A DNA stretch of 62,803 nt, counting the filler, from Atractiella rhizophila (Eukaryota), in NCBI GenBank assembly GCA_021432655.1. It is 8 parts of 8 records of this genome, joined end to end, with 100 filler letters (N's around TTAATTAATTAA, not from the genome) between each part and the next. Parts side by side here need not be neighbours in the genome. Positions count along the whole stretch, not along the records: positions 45,635 to 54,176 come from MU272147.1; positions 54,277 to 62,803 come from MU272148.1; 6 more parts are not named here. One strand, written 5' to 3'. A program made the translations under genes and the position numbers. Of the stretch, positions 51,400 to 62,803 are shown piece by piece (positions within the stretch are counted from its first letter, which is position 1; every line of letters begins with the position of its first letter). The notes under the pieces are model-generated. The model had not been told where the DNA came from. It worked only from the letters and a program-made list of their open reading frames with translations, and ran no database searches.

Positions 51400-52923
51400 G
51401 CCACGGCCTTGATTCATGGTCCACTGATGTCAACCGAGCTGCAAGGTGCAAAAGATTGTGGTGGGGTGGAAGGAACGGACGAAAAAAACGAGAAATAATC
51501 ACACCAACAGCCTACAGATTAGCAGGTATCGGATAGAATCCTTGCTTTGGTCCATCTTCTGCTCCGAGTTCAGGGGCGACCCACGATCGAGTCCCTAGAT
51601 ATCCTTTCAAGACGGTCCCGTCGCCAATTTGGCGAAACAGTCCAACATCAATGATCTTAAGGAGGTCGGTGATGGCGACGAGGTTGTTAGGTTTGAGATC
51701 GAGGTGAACAAATCCACGGGTGATATAGTACGCGATGAGAACATGGGGATTTGAGGCATCCCTTCTCGTCGCATGATTCACCACCCTGACGACCGCTCCA
51801 GCTTGCAGCAACATCCGCCAAGGATCTTCCCCTGACGGTTTTGATTGTACTTCGACGAGGACTTGGGGGATCCCGTGCTGTTGAATTTGAAAATCGCTGC
51901 GAGGTTGATACTTGTATTGTCTCATAGGGACGGCTGGCGATTCGGGAGTCGCTGGAATTTCAGCAGTGTAAGGATAGAGATGAATTGACCACCTATTGCT
52001 GAACAATCAGCTATATCTGCGGAGATCAGCCAACGGCAAGAAGCGTACGCCGTGAAATCGGACACTTGGTCCGATCCATACCGGCGGCGAGAGATTTCTC
52101 TCGCGACAGGCATCATGTACGTCCAGTTGAAATATGGCTCCTTGTTGTCTGAAAATCTCGCCAAAAATGATGGGCAGTGGCACCTCATGATAGTGGCGAA
52201 GTTCAGCTGCTGTCGCTATTCGACCCTGAGTCGCAGGCCCTCGTGGGAAGAAATCGTTTTGAAGTGACGTTCCGATTGCACGAGTAACGGCATCAGGCAC
52301 ATCAGGGAGCTGGAACAGTTGCCCTAATGTCAACTTCACTCGGCGGAAAGCGTTCACGATGTCAAGATCTCCGGAGTCATGGACGGGGAGGAGTTTGTTT
52401 GCTTCGAGAAGCGCGTGAGGCTCGAATGATCCAGCATTGAGTGTCATGATGCGCGCAAGAGATTGATACTGATCGAGATGCCCATGAGCTTGCCAGACTA
52501 ACAAACAAATCAGAGAAAAATGTGATGGAATGACCGCGGAGACGTACGAGACGTTGGATTATGTACTACGAGAGGTGAATCGCGCAACTGGACCACAATA
52601 TGGAGATGTCCATCGTGAGGGGCTTCTTGCCAGTATTTCGATAACCGATTCGCAGGGTGGAGTTTTCTCAATCTTTCAGAGGGGAACCTGATCGCTTTCA
52701 GAAGCTCTTCTTCCTCAATGGCCAGCATTGGGTCCAACATCCACAAATCAAATTACTTTCCGTGCAGTTTTTCGCCCACCTTTTGAAGGATTGCCTCCTC
52801 TAACGCAGCAACCGTTTTGTTGGCAGGAAATTCGATAACAGAGGTTTTTCCGACTAGCTGATTTTCATCACCGGGTTGCACTACTTGATACAGTAACTCA
52901 TAAACGACGTCACGAGCCGACAT
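51400..52923 (-). pseudogene. Crinkler (CR)-type effector pseudogene: CRN N-terminal header + PD-(D/E)xK nuclease-like domain + protein-kinase C-lobe
   Basis: Header ..TVAALEEAI..DLW..LHPANRLSKYWQEAPHDGHLHIVV; PRSDF..LVEVQS..D.WRMLLQA; HLDLKPNN, IIDVG, GTRSWVAPE. In-frame stops at 52753, 52007 and 51512. One GTACGT..TAG intron near 52500-52547. Confidence 0.72.
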
Positions 52924-53576
52924 TGTCTCAAGAATGGGACAAGAGTTGGGACGAGGACGAGTTGGGATGACGAACGATCTTGGATAACACCTGTCCCACC
53001 CTTGGGGTTTACTACGTCACTACACTGTAGTTTGCAAAGATTTGTGCTAACTGGCTAGCTCCCAAGTTGAATCTGGTTATTACTGTTGGTTTTGGCAAGG
53101 TTTTGAGGAGATTTGCTCAGCGCATCTGCCAAGTTATGTATAAAATCTGGGATCCGTTCTGTTGCGCCTGAAATTCGCTGTTCCCCCAAAGGGACCTCTT
53201 TGCTAATATTTACCAAAGTATGCACCAAAACTTTGGAGCAAATTGGTCAAAAAAATGGCAAGGATGGATCTGTGGATATGAGCTCGGGAGAGATGGAGGC
53301 GGAGGGAGCCAGGAAGAGATTGGAGAGGAGTGACCTTAAGATCCTCAAGTTTTACCTTACACTCTGGACAAGGAGTGATAGGGTTCGATCGTCCTGCATG
53401 CCTGGCACAAGGAATGATTGGGGACAGGACAGGAATCTCTATCCGGAGCGAACATGCGGGGGCTTGGGAATCCCATATGCCAAAATTGCAGAGCGAGGGG
53501 GTATAATTGAACCTCTGTGATACTACCTTCTAAGTTGAAACGCAGAGATTTAGCTGTGGTTCTGCCTTGAGAGTCG

Positions 53577-54176
53577 TCAAGCAAACCCAGTCCTGCCAAC
53601 CCACTCCCCAGCCGCTGGTCCCCCCATCCGGCGTATCACAGTGAGCCAGAACCACTTGCCATCCACCCACATTTCCCTTTCGCCAAAGTCGATGGCATGC
53701 AGGACCAGCTCTGCATTGACCTTTGCCAACCGTGCTAGTTTCGCTCCTCCCTCTTCCACCGACAACTGAGATGTAGAGGCGGATGGTGAAGAAGGGGACA
53801 GCAATACACATCCCACTCGCAACTCCAGCTCACGATGCTCTGGTACCACAGCCAGCTCCACCTTTTCGAATGCAGAACCCTCACTCGCCTCCTTCTTGAT
53901 AGGGTGTTCGACGATCCTCAATCCCTTCGTCTCTAATCGGAGACAGTCCAAGAAATGTACCTCCGCAGCTGACGAGCTGGTGTGAGTGAATCCGGGGAGG
54001 GGAAGCCCGGCTTCGGGGCGTGTGAGGAGATAGAGGGCTGGGGAGGAGGAGCGGAGGAGGAAGGGGAGGAGGAGAGCGCAAAGGGCAGGGAGAGACGAAG
54101 GGCGGGTGTTTGTTGCTGCTTGCGGTGGAGGGAGGGGCAGAGTCATGATTGAAGCTGGGGACGAGAGGGGGACGAG
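53577..54176 (-). CDS. Hypothetical or degenerate coding fragment
   Basis: ~190-codon open frame at the scaffold edge. Coding-like sequence continues in a shifted frame; no family recognised. Confidence 0.3.
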   Translation of the reverse strand, partial: LVPLSSPASIMTLPLPPPQAATNTRPSSLPALCALLLPFLLRSSSPALYLLTRPEAGLPLPGFTHTSSSAAEVHFLDCLRLETKGLRIVEHPIKKEASEGSAFEKVELAVVPEHRELELRVGCVLLSPSSPSASTSQLSVEEGGAKLARLAKVNAELVLHAIDFGEREMWVDGKWFWLTVIRRMGGPAAGEWVGRTGFA

Positions 54177-54276
54177 NNNNNNNNNNNNNNNNNNNNNNNN
54201 NNNNNNNNNNNNNNNNNNNNTTAATTAATTAANNNNNNNNNNNNNNNNNNNNNNNNNNNNNNNNNNNNNNNNNNNN
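54177..54276. other. Artificial scaffold linker
   Basis: N44-TTAATTAATTAA-N44. Confidence 0.97.
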
Positions 54277-55916
54277 TTCTTGCATGTCCTCATAAACATT
54301 GATAAGTACACAGCACTCAGTTCATGTCAACGTCATCACGTAGAGAGATCACCGGGTGGACTAACCATTAACACAGTTGAGCAATGTTTGAGCTGGACAA
54401 ATACTTGTGTCATGAAAAGCTGCCACGCGGTTCTCTGAGATTTCCTTGTCTGAATCTGAAATTGATCGAGAATCAGCAGAGTGCCAGTCAACAAGTTACC
54501 AGGTGCTCATATGCCTTGGTCAAATGCCTGATGCATTATAACACTGAATTACGAGCCTGTGGGAGAGTTTGTCGGCTCTCAGCACTTCATACGAAGCGTT
54601 GCCAGGAGTTGCATCAGGAATATCTAGTTTTACAGCGGAAATGCGCGCAAGTTCCTTCAGCAGGCCGACACGAGCCGCAAATCCGACTCTCAATGTCTGC
54701 TTGGTGTCGCCAGTTGATGAGGAGGTGTTACATAGCAAGTAGTCAGATCCTTTCAACCTGTTTCAACAGTGGGTCACTTTGTCGACCGCTGAAAGGGGGT
54801 GTCGGAGCGGGACACTTAACTCACGGTGTAGGCAAGGTCTTTGACACATCTGGGCTGCAAGGGCGATCGATCAAAATAATTTCAGCAAATATTTTGCAAG
54901 CTGGCAACACCTTCTTTGAATTATCCGCAAAGGAGATTATATACCGTATACCGTACTCCAGCCCTTTACCACCCCTAGCGGTGTGACGGATGGTTCGCAG
55001 AGAGCTCTGCTGGGTCTAAAAGTTTATATGTCGACAATACGACGAAGGAGCGAAAACGCGACGCTGTTTCTCGGTGTCGTGTGAGTCAAAAAACAAAAGC
55101 CGACCCTAAAGAAACTTTGCGGACCCGCACCCCCCAACATTTTACGACCACTTTGACTTTTTTGGCAAGCCTTTTCTCCCTTTCTCTCAGCCCGTCATGG
55201 CTGTCCTGGCTTGAGATTATCATCCAACGCCATGGAATGAGGTTCGTAGACTTTTTCCTCTCTTTTTTGAGGAAATTGTTGGTGCTGATTGGAGATAGGA
55301 CGCCACAGACTCGGAGAACCTCTTCAAGCCTTGATATCTTCTTATTGACCTTGGAATTCCCACCAGAAACATATCCAATCCAACAAATCCTCTTTATCAG
55401 ATCTTTCGGCCACAAATATCCCGCTCAAACCATAGATTTTTCCTTTTTCGACAACACCGCATCCTATCTTGCGTATTCGCGCTCTTTATCCACCCAACCC
55501 CGCCACCCGCACACCAACTATTATTCCCTTTCCTCTTCCAATCCTAAATTACATTATTACCGACAAAGGCGATTCCCGAACATTCCGTGTTGGCAAGCCG
55601 AAGTACAGTCTGCTGCTCGTTCAACTCAGGCACCCATTCAAAGTGTGGTGACTCGGACATTCGTCGACTTAAATACCAGACCTCCCAACCGACTCATCTC
55701 TCCTCTGCATCCTTCTTCGAGAGACGAAGTGATCCGCAGCCATGTCACGTAAACCAGACTATGGCCTTAACTGCAAGGTGTGGCATGCACCTCTAGGTGG
55801 AAGGTCGCCAGAGTCAAATTTCAAGTCACCACCGACCGTTTGTCCACCCTTCCTCTGTTCTAGTTATGTTCTTCCCATCAGGACCTCTGTGATTAACACA
55901 TGATTCTTCGTAATAG

Positions 55917-57861
55917 TCTCCCAGAAACGATACCATTGCTGACATCAATCGCAAAATCGCTGGCCTTGAGCGAACGAAGCAACATCACCAATCCGTCCAT
56001 GCTCAAAATCTAGAAAAGAAGGTTCAGGAACTTGAAGCTCAACTTCGACAACGACAACAGAATCGTCGTTCCGTTCAGCTACGAGGAGGGTTAGCTGATC
56101 TCACCCCTGAGCAGGAAGAGGCAGCAGTGGCAGAAAGGAACAAGAAGTTATTCTATGAACTTCTCCACCTCGATCCACCTACCGACTCCTTCGCCTCCAC
56201 TTCTACATCCAGCTCCGCTTCAAGGTCCATCTCGACCAATGCCTCCCCAGCGACCAGGTTCCAGTCTCCCAATCCCACCAATCTCAAGTTGGACCATCGT
56301 GCCTTTCCCTCCATTTCCGCACTTCTCAAGTCTCCGCAGAAGCCTAACAAACAAGTTCCACCTTCAACTACACCAGCGATCAAGCGCAATCGTTCCGCTT
56401 CGGTGGCCATCCCTGCTGCTGCTCCTCTTCCTCTTCCCATGTTCAAACCCGTGCCTCGAGCGACGTCAAGCGAGGAAGTGCCAGAGTTGGTGAATTGGAG
56501 ATCGAAGAGGGAGGAAGCCTGGGCTAAGGAGCAAGAGTTGAAGATGAGGGAGGTTGAGATTGCGAGGGAGAAGATGAGGTTAAAGGAAGTTAGGGCTCAA
56601 TTACAAGCTCAACAAGCAAGGCCGCAACCATATCATCTTAACGCACCCCAACTGAAGAATGCGCTTAACGCCGTCCTTGAGAGGGATAGACCTGCTTCGG
56701 TTCCCCCTAGGCCGGTTAATCAGCAACGTCCCGCCAATGGTACTGGCGGTATGGATCAGGAGGCTTACAGGACGCTGAGAGAGTTAGAGATGAGGCTGTT
56801 GGAAATCGAAGATTTGAAGCGGAAGAGAGAGAGGGACATTGTCGCTGCCATTCAGAGGAAGAGGTCAAGGTCTAAGCCGGACTTGGTGCCTCAGACACCA
56901 GCCTCGCATCGAAAGGTTCACTTTGATCTGGTGGGTCACTCCGTCTTAGAATCCCGTCACACATCATCCTGACTTACTTCGTTGAATAGTCTTCCAGCAC
57001 CCCTGAACTGTCAAGCGCCTCAGTATCCGAATCTGAAGAGTCTTCTTCCTTGTCAGAGGACTACAATGAACCAGACCTTTCTCAGGCGTACGATGTACTC
57101 GGCGCGAACAGTGCAATTTTGGCTGCACAGTTGAGAGGAGAAGAGCCCTATTATTTCGATGACCAGGAGCTTCTTGCTCGCTATCTCTCCAAGAGCAACC
57201 TGAACAAGGAAGAGCTGAACAGAATACTGGCTGAGAACGGCCTTGATGCGGTAGTAAGACCGTTGACTCCTTTTGGAGTATTGACTGACTTGTAACGCAG
57301 CGGTCGCCTCTAACTCCTCGCCCATCCATTCGAACTGGAACTGCTCCGCTTACCTCTCTTTCTGCTCGCCCAACTCCACAACATCGCAACTCGACAACGC
57401 CTCAGATGTCAGCTCTTCACCCTTCCTCTACAACCCCTCGCATGTCACAACTCACCCCTCGGCCTTCTCGCGTGCTCCAGACTCCAGTCATCGACTCATC
57501 CCTCCCCTCCTTGACTACCGATTTTGTTCACCTTCAGGAGATCAGGAGACGCCAAACCCAATCCGCTCACCCCACCCCACGCATTCGTGTAAGGTCAAAC
57601 TCCACGCCCCATCCTGTTAATCGCATGCCGCGAAGAGATGGGGAGGAGATGTTGAAACAGATGTTAGCGGAAGAGAAGAAGGATTTGGAGTTCCTCGAGA
57701 GGGAGCAGCTGGAGATGCAGATCAAGGAACTGGAGAGGATTGAGAAGGAGCGAACGGCGAACTTGATCGCGAGGATGAGAGGCTACGAACAACTCAAGAG
57801 GATCTCAACTCCTAAAGTCCCGAATCGAGCTCAATTCCACAGGACGTCGAACCCTTGGTAA
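55917..57861 (+). CDS. Hypothetical coiled-coil / low-complexity protein, multi-exon
   Basis: Open frame from ~55917 to ~56930 with E/K/R/Q-rich helical segments, plus further frames at 57050-57295 and 57406-57861. Start and exon joins uncertain. Confidence 0.5.
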
Positions 57862-58929
57862 AGCGCAACTTCGGGTCCGCATCTTTCTCTTCTCCGCAAC
57901 AGGTCCTTCGTTCTGGATAGCGGAACAACATAGACTACCACCCGTTACATCTCGGCCGGCTGAAGAATGCCTCTTCGATTTGAAGCATCTTCAGCTCTTC
58001 GAGTTGTTAATTCTCCCTACTCTTTCTGTTTGACGACCGACATTGGACGACGACGCTGGAGTGATTTATCAATTTTTATCGGTGCGGCGGAACGATTATC
58101 AATTATTAGTTTTATCTCTATTCCCTGACGATGGACGATGAAGCTTACGACCGCCTCCTTCTCAACCTTGCTTCCTTATTGTCTCGAATTGTTTCCAAGC
58201 TATCTCTCCAGAACCCACGACAGATTCAACTCTAACTCTCCATCCATCAAGCTAAAAGTATCGATTATTTGTTTGGTCTTTTGGTTTGCAATACCTCATA
58301 CAGCCGCTAACTTTTTTTCAGTTTTACCAATCTTGCTTCGATTTTTGGAAAAAAAAAGTGAAAGTAAATCTGTGCTTCTTGTCTCCACAGGTTCAGTTTG
58401 TTGATACTTTTTTCGTCATTCGTGTTATTCTGTGCTATTTTCTCCAGTTTCCAGAGCTTCATGTTTTGCTTCGCATTCTTATTACCTATTTTGGTTGCGT
58501 GCGTTAATTGTGCATGGTTGTCAATTACAAGTGCCCATCTTTCCATGCTTATTCGTGCGCGGTTCAGTTCCAAACTTTAGTTGCAGCAGTTTTATGAAAG
58601 TAGTTCGAGTTGTGGGTTGTGGTTTGGTGCGTGCGATTGCGTTCTGAAATGCCTGATTGATTACATGCAATTCTAAATCATCTTCCAAATCAAATCATCG
58701 ATCCTGTCGACGAAAATGCACGCTATCAATCCAGTTCGTCTTTCATCGATGATCCTCAAACAATGATGCATGTTAGAGCACGCTGGTGTCTTCCTACAAT
58801 TCAGTGGTTGTCTGGAAACGCTGTGGAGTCAGGCAGAACGCTGTTTGAATGTTCATGCGCTTACTGGCTCAATAATGTGCCTCGTTCGATTTTCTCCAGT
58901 CGGGCAGGTCTGAAACTCGAGTGGAGATC

Positions 58930-60913
58930 TAAGGTTTTATCTATGCATTGGAATTAACAAACGGAACACGGGACAGTTTCACCCTGTGGAGAACAGCAGC
59001 AGACATATGAAGCTTTGAAGGCAGCCTGATCAGTAGGATATTTTGATCCATTTCGTGATCGATTGGGATCCCAAAGGAGCGGGAAAAATTAAAAGTAAAT
59101 ATAAGATCGGGGCGGCAGAAGGAAGATTGCACAAACTTAAACTTATTGGCGCAAACCTTACAAACCTCTTTCCGAATCATAACCAACCGGATCTCATTTA
59201 CCTAAAGTTGGAGGTCAGGCGCCTACGCTCGCGCTGGAACGTTTATAAGGTCGCCTTGTCCCTTTACGACGCCCTTGCGACTTCTACCCTAGGTCGACCC
59301 AGTGGTTCGAAGGCTTCAAACACGAGCTTGGGATGGACGCAGGACTTGATCATAACGGTGCGTCCAAAGCTCTTGCCCATCGATTTCGGTCGGTGTTGCC
59401 CTGGCTCATACTTAGAGGGCAGATCTTTCGAGCCATGCTTGGAAAGATGAAGCACGCGATGCTTTCTGGCACAAACTCGAACAACTGAAGAAGCAAAGCC
59501 CTGATCTCGGTCAAAGACGACAATTCGCTTTTCAGCGATATTGCAACTTCTGCACAGCTGAACGTGTTCAGTACATTCCGATCGATAGGACCATCGTCCT
59601 TGCCTACTTGAAGAGAGGTGTCGAAGAAGGTGTAATCGGACCTGAGAAAATTCAGGAGGAAGTGGAACACCTCAATTGGGCGAACGGACAGATGCAGGCA
59701 ACTTTCTTCAAATTCTTCGATTGCTGGCACAAGGGTCCTGATGACTCCGACCAAGAAATCAACGATTACGTCCTCTCCGTTCGAAGAAGACTGAAGCAGG
59801 AGTTCGATCCCAGTGATCCCATCCGTTCGCCTTGGAACCTCGCTCAGATCAGAGCAGAGGAGCGGAGGCGGGAGGATAACGAACGTCGACTAAACGAGCC
59901 TTTCTATCCTCTTGCCGTCAACACCCGTTCTCATCCCGTCACATTCCTCAAAGATCTGGCGAGATCAATTGGCTATAAGCTCTATTCGGACGAGAAGGTG
60001 GAATGGGAACTCTACCTCTGTGGTGCAGATCAGCAGGCGGAAGTGGGAGCCATTCTAGGAAACGTCTTCCGGCAACATAGCAAAGCCTCGGTTCATTGCT
60101 ACGAGAGCATCATGAAACGGTATGGCAAGTTTTGCAAGGATCGCTCGTTCCAGTATGTTTCTCAACTCTCCCCGGATCTTCCGCAACGGTCCTGATGTAT
60201 TTCTTTCAGGGTCTACCCCATCACAGTATGCTCTTGATTCTTTATTAAGCTTCATTCACGGAACCGCTGATGATGGACAATAGGTTCTAAAAGTCGTGCT
60301 CTTCTTTCAGTCTGAAGCCATGCGGCCCATTCGCAAACGGCAGCGGTTCTCCGATACAAGTGGGCCAGTCTCAACGCTGGAAAAGACCAAGATCTCCTCC
60401 ACAACACTCAAGAACTACAGTCATTATCTCAACTTTTGCCGCAAAGGCACCGTGGAGATGTTTCGAGGGACGATCGACGATACGATCCTCGACGCTGAAA
60501 TCCCAGAGCATGCCCTTTTCCGCGCCATCCTTCATGCTGTTCTGCGGCAGGAGAAAGAAGAGCAACAGGTCACCGTGGCAGTAGCAAGACCTCAACCGTA
60601 TCCCTATGCTCGTTCTGTTTCAAACGGATCATGCAGTCCTTCCTCTTCCAACGACGATGGTCATGGCCAGTTTTTCTATGATAAGCGGAACCTAGGCACG
60701 ACTCTCTCGGCGCGCGATATGGTCCCTAGGCGTTCACAGGTCCAACCTAACCTCAGTCCTTCTCTCAGTCCGTCACCGCCTGTGACTGCCACACCAAGTG
60801 CGAAAGGGGAAGGGAGAAAGGGATCTATTTCGAGTCTGATGAATCCAATGGATCCCTCCGCACCGCGTGACCACAAACCGAAGCCTGGTTCGATTGCTAG
60901 TTTACTCAATTGA
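58930..60913 (+). CDS. Protein with tandem helical repeats resembling the tyrosine-recombinase/Crypton N-terminal core-binding (SAM-like) domain; no catalytic domain seen
   Basis: Repeat A: FQRYCNFCTAERVQYIPIDRTIVLAYL..VEHLNWANGQMQATF. Repeat B (spliced via 16-nt exon 60210-60225): YESIMKRYGKFCKDRSFQVYPITVLKVVLFF..ISSTTLKNYSHYLNFCRKGTVEMF. C-terminal GSISSLMN and GSIASLLN. 5' end unresolved. Confidence 0.55.
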
Positions 60914-61769
60914 TCGACATACGATATTTCTTTCCTTCTATTTGTGAAATTGGTGTAACCATTGGTGACAAGAAGTTAGCAAGGTAGAGACGTTGGATGT
61001 GTCAATGATCGTTTGTTTTGTTACAATAATTCTTTTGTGTGCATGTACATAACCATCATTTCAGGCCGTTGTACCTAGCTTCGCCCATTTTCTACCAATT
61101 AATATACCACAAATCCAGAATGACCTTGAAATATGACTCCAACGTCGTAACAAGTTCTGCGCAACATGTCTGACAACTGAACCTGTTTCTCAAAACAGGG
61201 AAGACTATGCAAGCGGTAGATACAAGTAAAATTCATTTGGTATCTTGAGCGAGGCAACGCTTTCGATCTCTCCCGCGCAAGGAGCAAGCTTTCCAATAGC
61301 ACTCATAGCGCGACCCAGGAGAAGATGTTGAGCAAGGATAACTTTTCCCGTTCCCCAATCATCTTCCTCGGAAAGGAACTTACCTCATCAAAAGCATTTC
61401 TGGAGCCTCCGAGCAACCTTTGCCAACCCACGTCGTCTCAGCTTTCTTGCATCCCATCAATCAATAATTGCTCTCCACTCTGCCACTTTTTGGGCTGTAT
61501 TTTACTGTCTTGCCGCTATAATTTCGTGGACGTGGTCAATGTTGGGAGACGAAACTATTTTGGTCCCGATCAATTATGGGATCCCAAAACTGTGGATGGT
61601 GGATGGGGTAACAGGAGCAGATTCGATCCAGGGTAGAGCTCTCGAGCGTATGTGAGAGACATCAGCCAGTAAACCGAGTTAGTTTCTTAGATCTATCTGA
61701 GCTTGGATCTGAGCTTGGATACAGTAGAAATGAATCAAGCATTTGGCAAAGTGCGCTCACGCCTGCCGA

Positions 61770-62803
61770 TCAAAGTGGGTAGGAAAAGTGTTTGTGGAGT
61801 GCCAGCTCCATACAGTCCTCCCTCAAATCGACCGCCTCCACGTCCATCTTATCTTTCCCCTTCCTCCAATAAACTGCCGCCTTGTCTTCTTTCATCTTCG
61901 TTGCGAGAAGGGTGAGCCGTCTTCCATCTGGATATGCTTTGACGAGGAGAAGGATGGAGTTCATTGACGCTCTCGGATTTTTGGATTCGTTACTATGCAA
62001 CGTAATTATGAGTAAACCCTCAATAAAGGCGAGAGAGTGGGGTGACCAACAAGTTATGGGTCTCCCAGTCCTTCCAGGGCACACTAATAGCATGGAACTG
62101 CGCCGTTGGGCATTCAAATGGCGTGGGATGTTCTCTTGTACCTTCGTTGAATTGCCGATAGAGGATCCAGCTCGTTCCCTTTGGGCGATGGGGGAGAAAC
62201 AGGTCGTCTGCCCCTTGCAAGGATTCGTTACGAATGATGAAAGTATCAGACGGAAGAAGAGTGGGTACGCGGTGACCATGTATCAATGGGATTCTATTCG
62301 TCATTTAAGTCGCCCAATGTCGGCAAGCACTCATGTGCAAAGGAGGGATTACGAACGGGGAAGGCGGGAAGTCACCAGCAACGCTGACATCTACAAAGTA
62401 GTCCATAAGCTCGATGTGGCTATCTTCAGCCGTCGACGGAGGACTTGGAAGTGCTCGCACGATCAATACTTGATGTTGACTTGTCCCCCAGTCCCAACCT
62501 TTTTCTGTCGGATCTTTATTCTGGTGTGCATAATTGCGGCAGAGCACCTGCAAGGGCATGAACCAAAAATCTGCCACTGTATCCTTCTACGAGGAAAATT
62601 CACCTCAGATACGCTGAAACCTAGGCTACGGAGGAGAGTAGAGAAGAGCATATTGAGAACGAAACAATATCTACCTCCAGCCAATCTTAGTAGAATGGTG
62701 CGAAATACGGGGAAAGAAACGAACGCTCCCTTCCCTTGCACGACCACGCGCTCATACATGCTCTCCAGCGCTATGGAAGGACCTTCCCCTTCTCCAAACA
62801 CCA
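61770..62803 (-). CDS. Arylamine N-acetyltransferase family protein, 5'-truncated
   Basis: MYERVVVQGKG..YCFVLNMLFSTLLRSLGFSV (catalytic Cys), QHQVLIV (His), YFVDVS (Asp), C-terminal PDGRRLTL. Stop at 61770. Confidence 0.8.

Noticed and set aside
8634..54276. Recurring TTAATTAATTAA as a biological repeat or piggyBac-like TTAA target
   Set aside because: It is always centred in exactly 44+44 Ns, so it is an assembly linker.
54384..55752. 200-aa and 223-aa ORFs
   Set aside because: Atypical composition and no motifs; cannot be supported as genes from sequence alone.

Overview
Eukaryotic, intron-rich fungal DNA. It is most likely a basidiomycete (inferred from ~50-bp introns with GTCAGT/GTCTGT/GTACGT donors, microexons and the gene families). 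The window is not one locus: it is eight unrelated small scaffolds joined by seven artificial 100-bp linkers (N44-TTAATTAATTAA-N44), so nothing should be read across a linker. Recognisable genes: a signal-peptide-bearing epoxide hydrolase, glutaminase GtaA, a GH31 alpha-glucosidase, a RhoGAP, the Rrn7 C-terminus, a DenD-like NAD-dependent dehydrogenase, TMA7, a pepsin-like protease, a DUF1996-WSC protein, an SOD-fold mitoribosomal protein, an ankyrin-DysF-FYVE protein and an arylamine N-acetyltransferase. Mobile DNA includes a decayed Ty1/copia element, solo and nested LTRs, and two MITE-like elements. Two loci stand out. One is a spliced gene with tandem repeats resembling the tyrosine-recombinase/Crypton core-binding domain, no visible catalytic domain, and twin C-terminal SIxSL(M/L)N motifs (a candidate domesticated DNA-binding repressor). 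The other is a Crinkler-header + restriction-endonuclease-fold + kinase conflict-effector pseudogene. All family assignments come from motif recognition by eye; no database searches were run.
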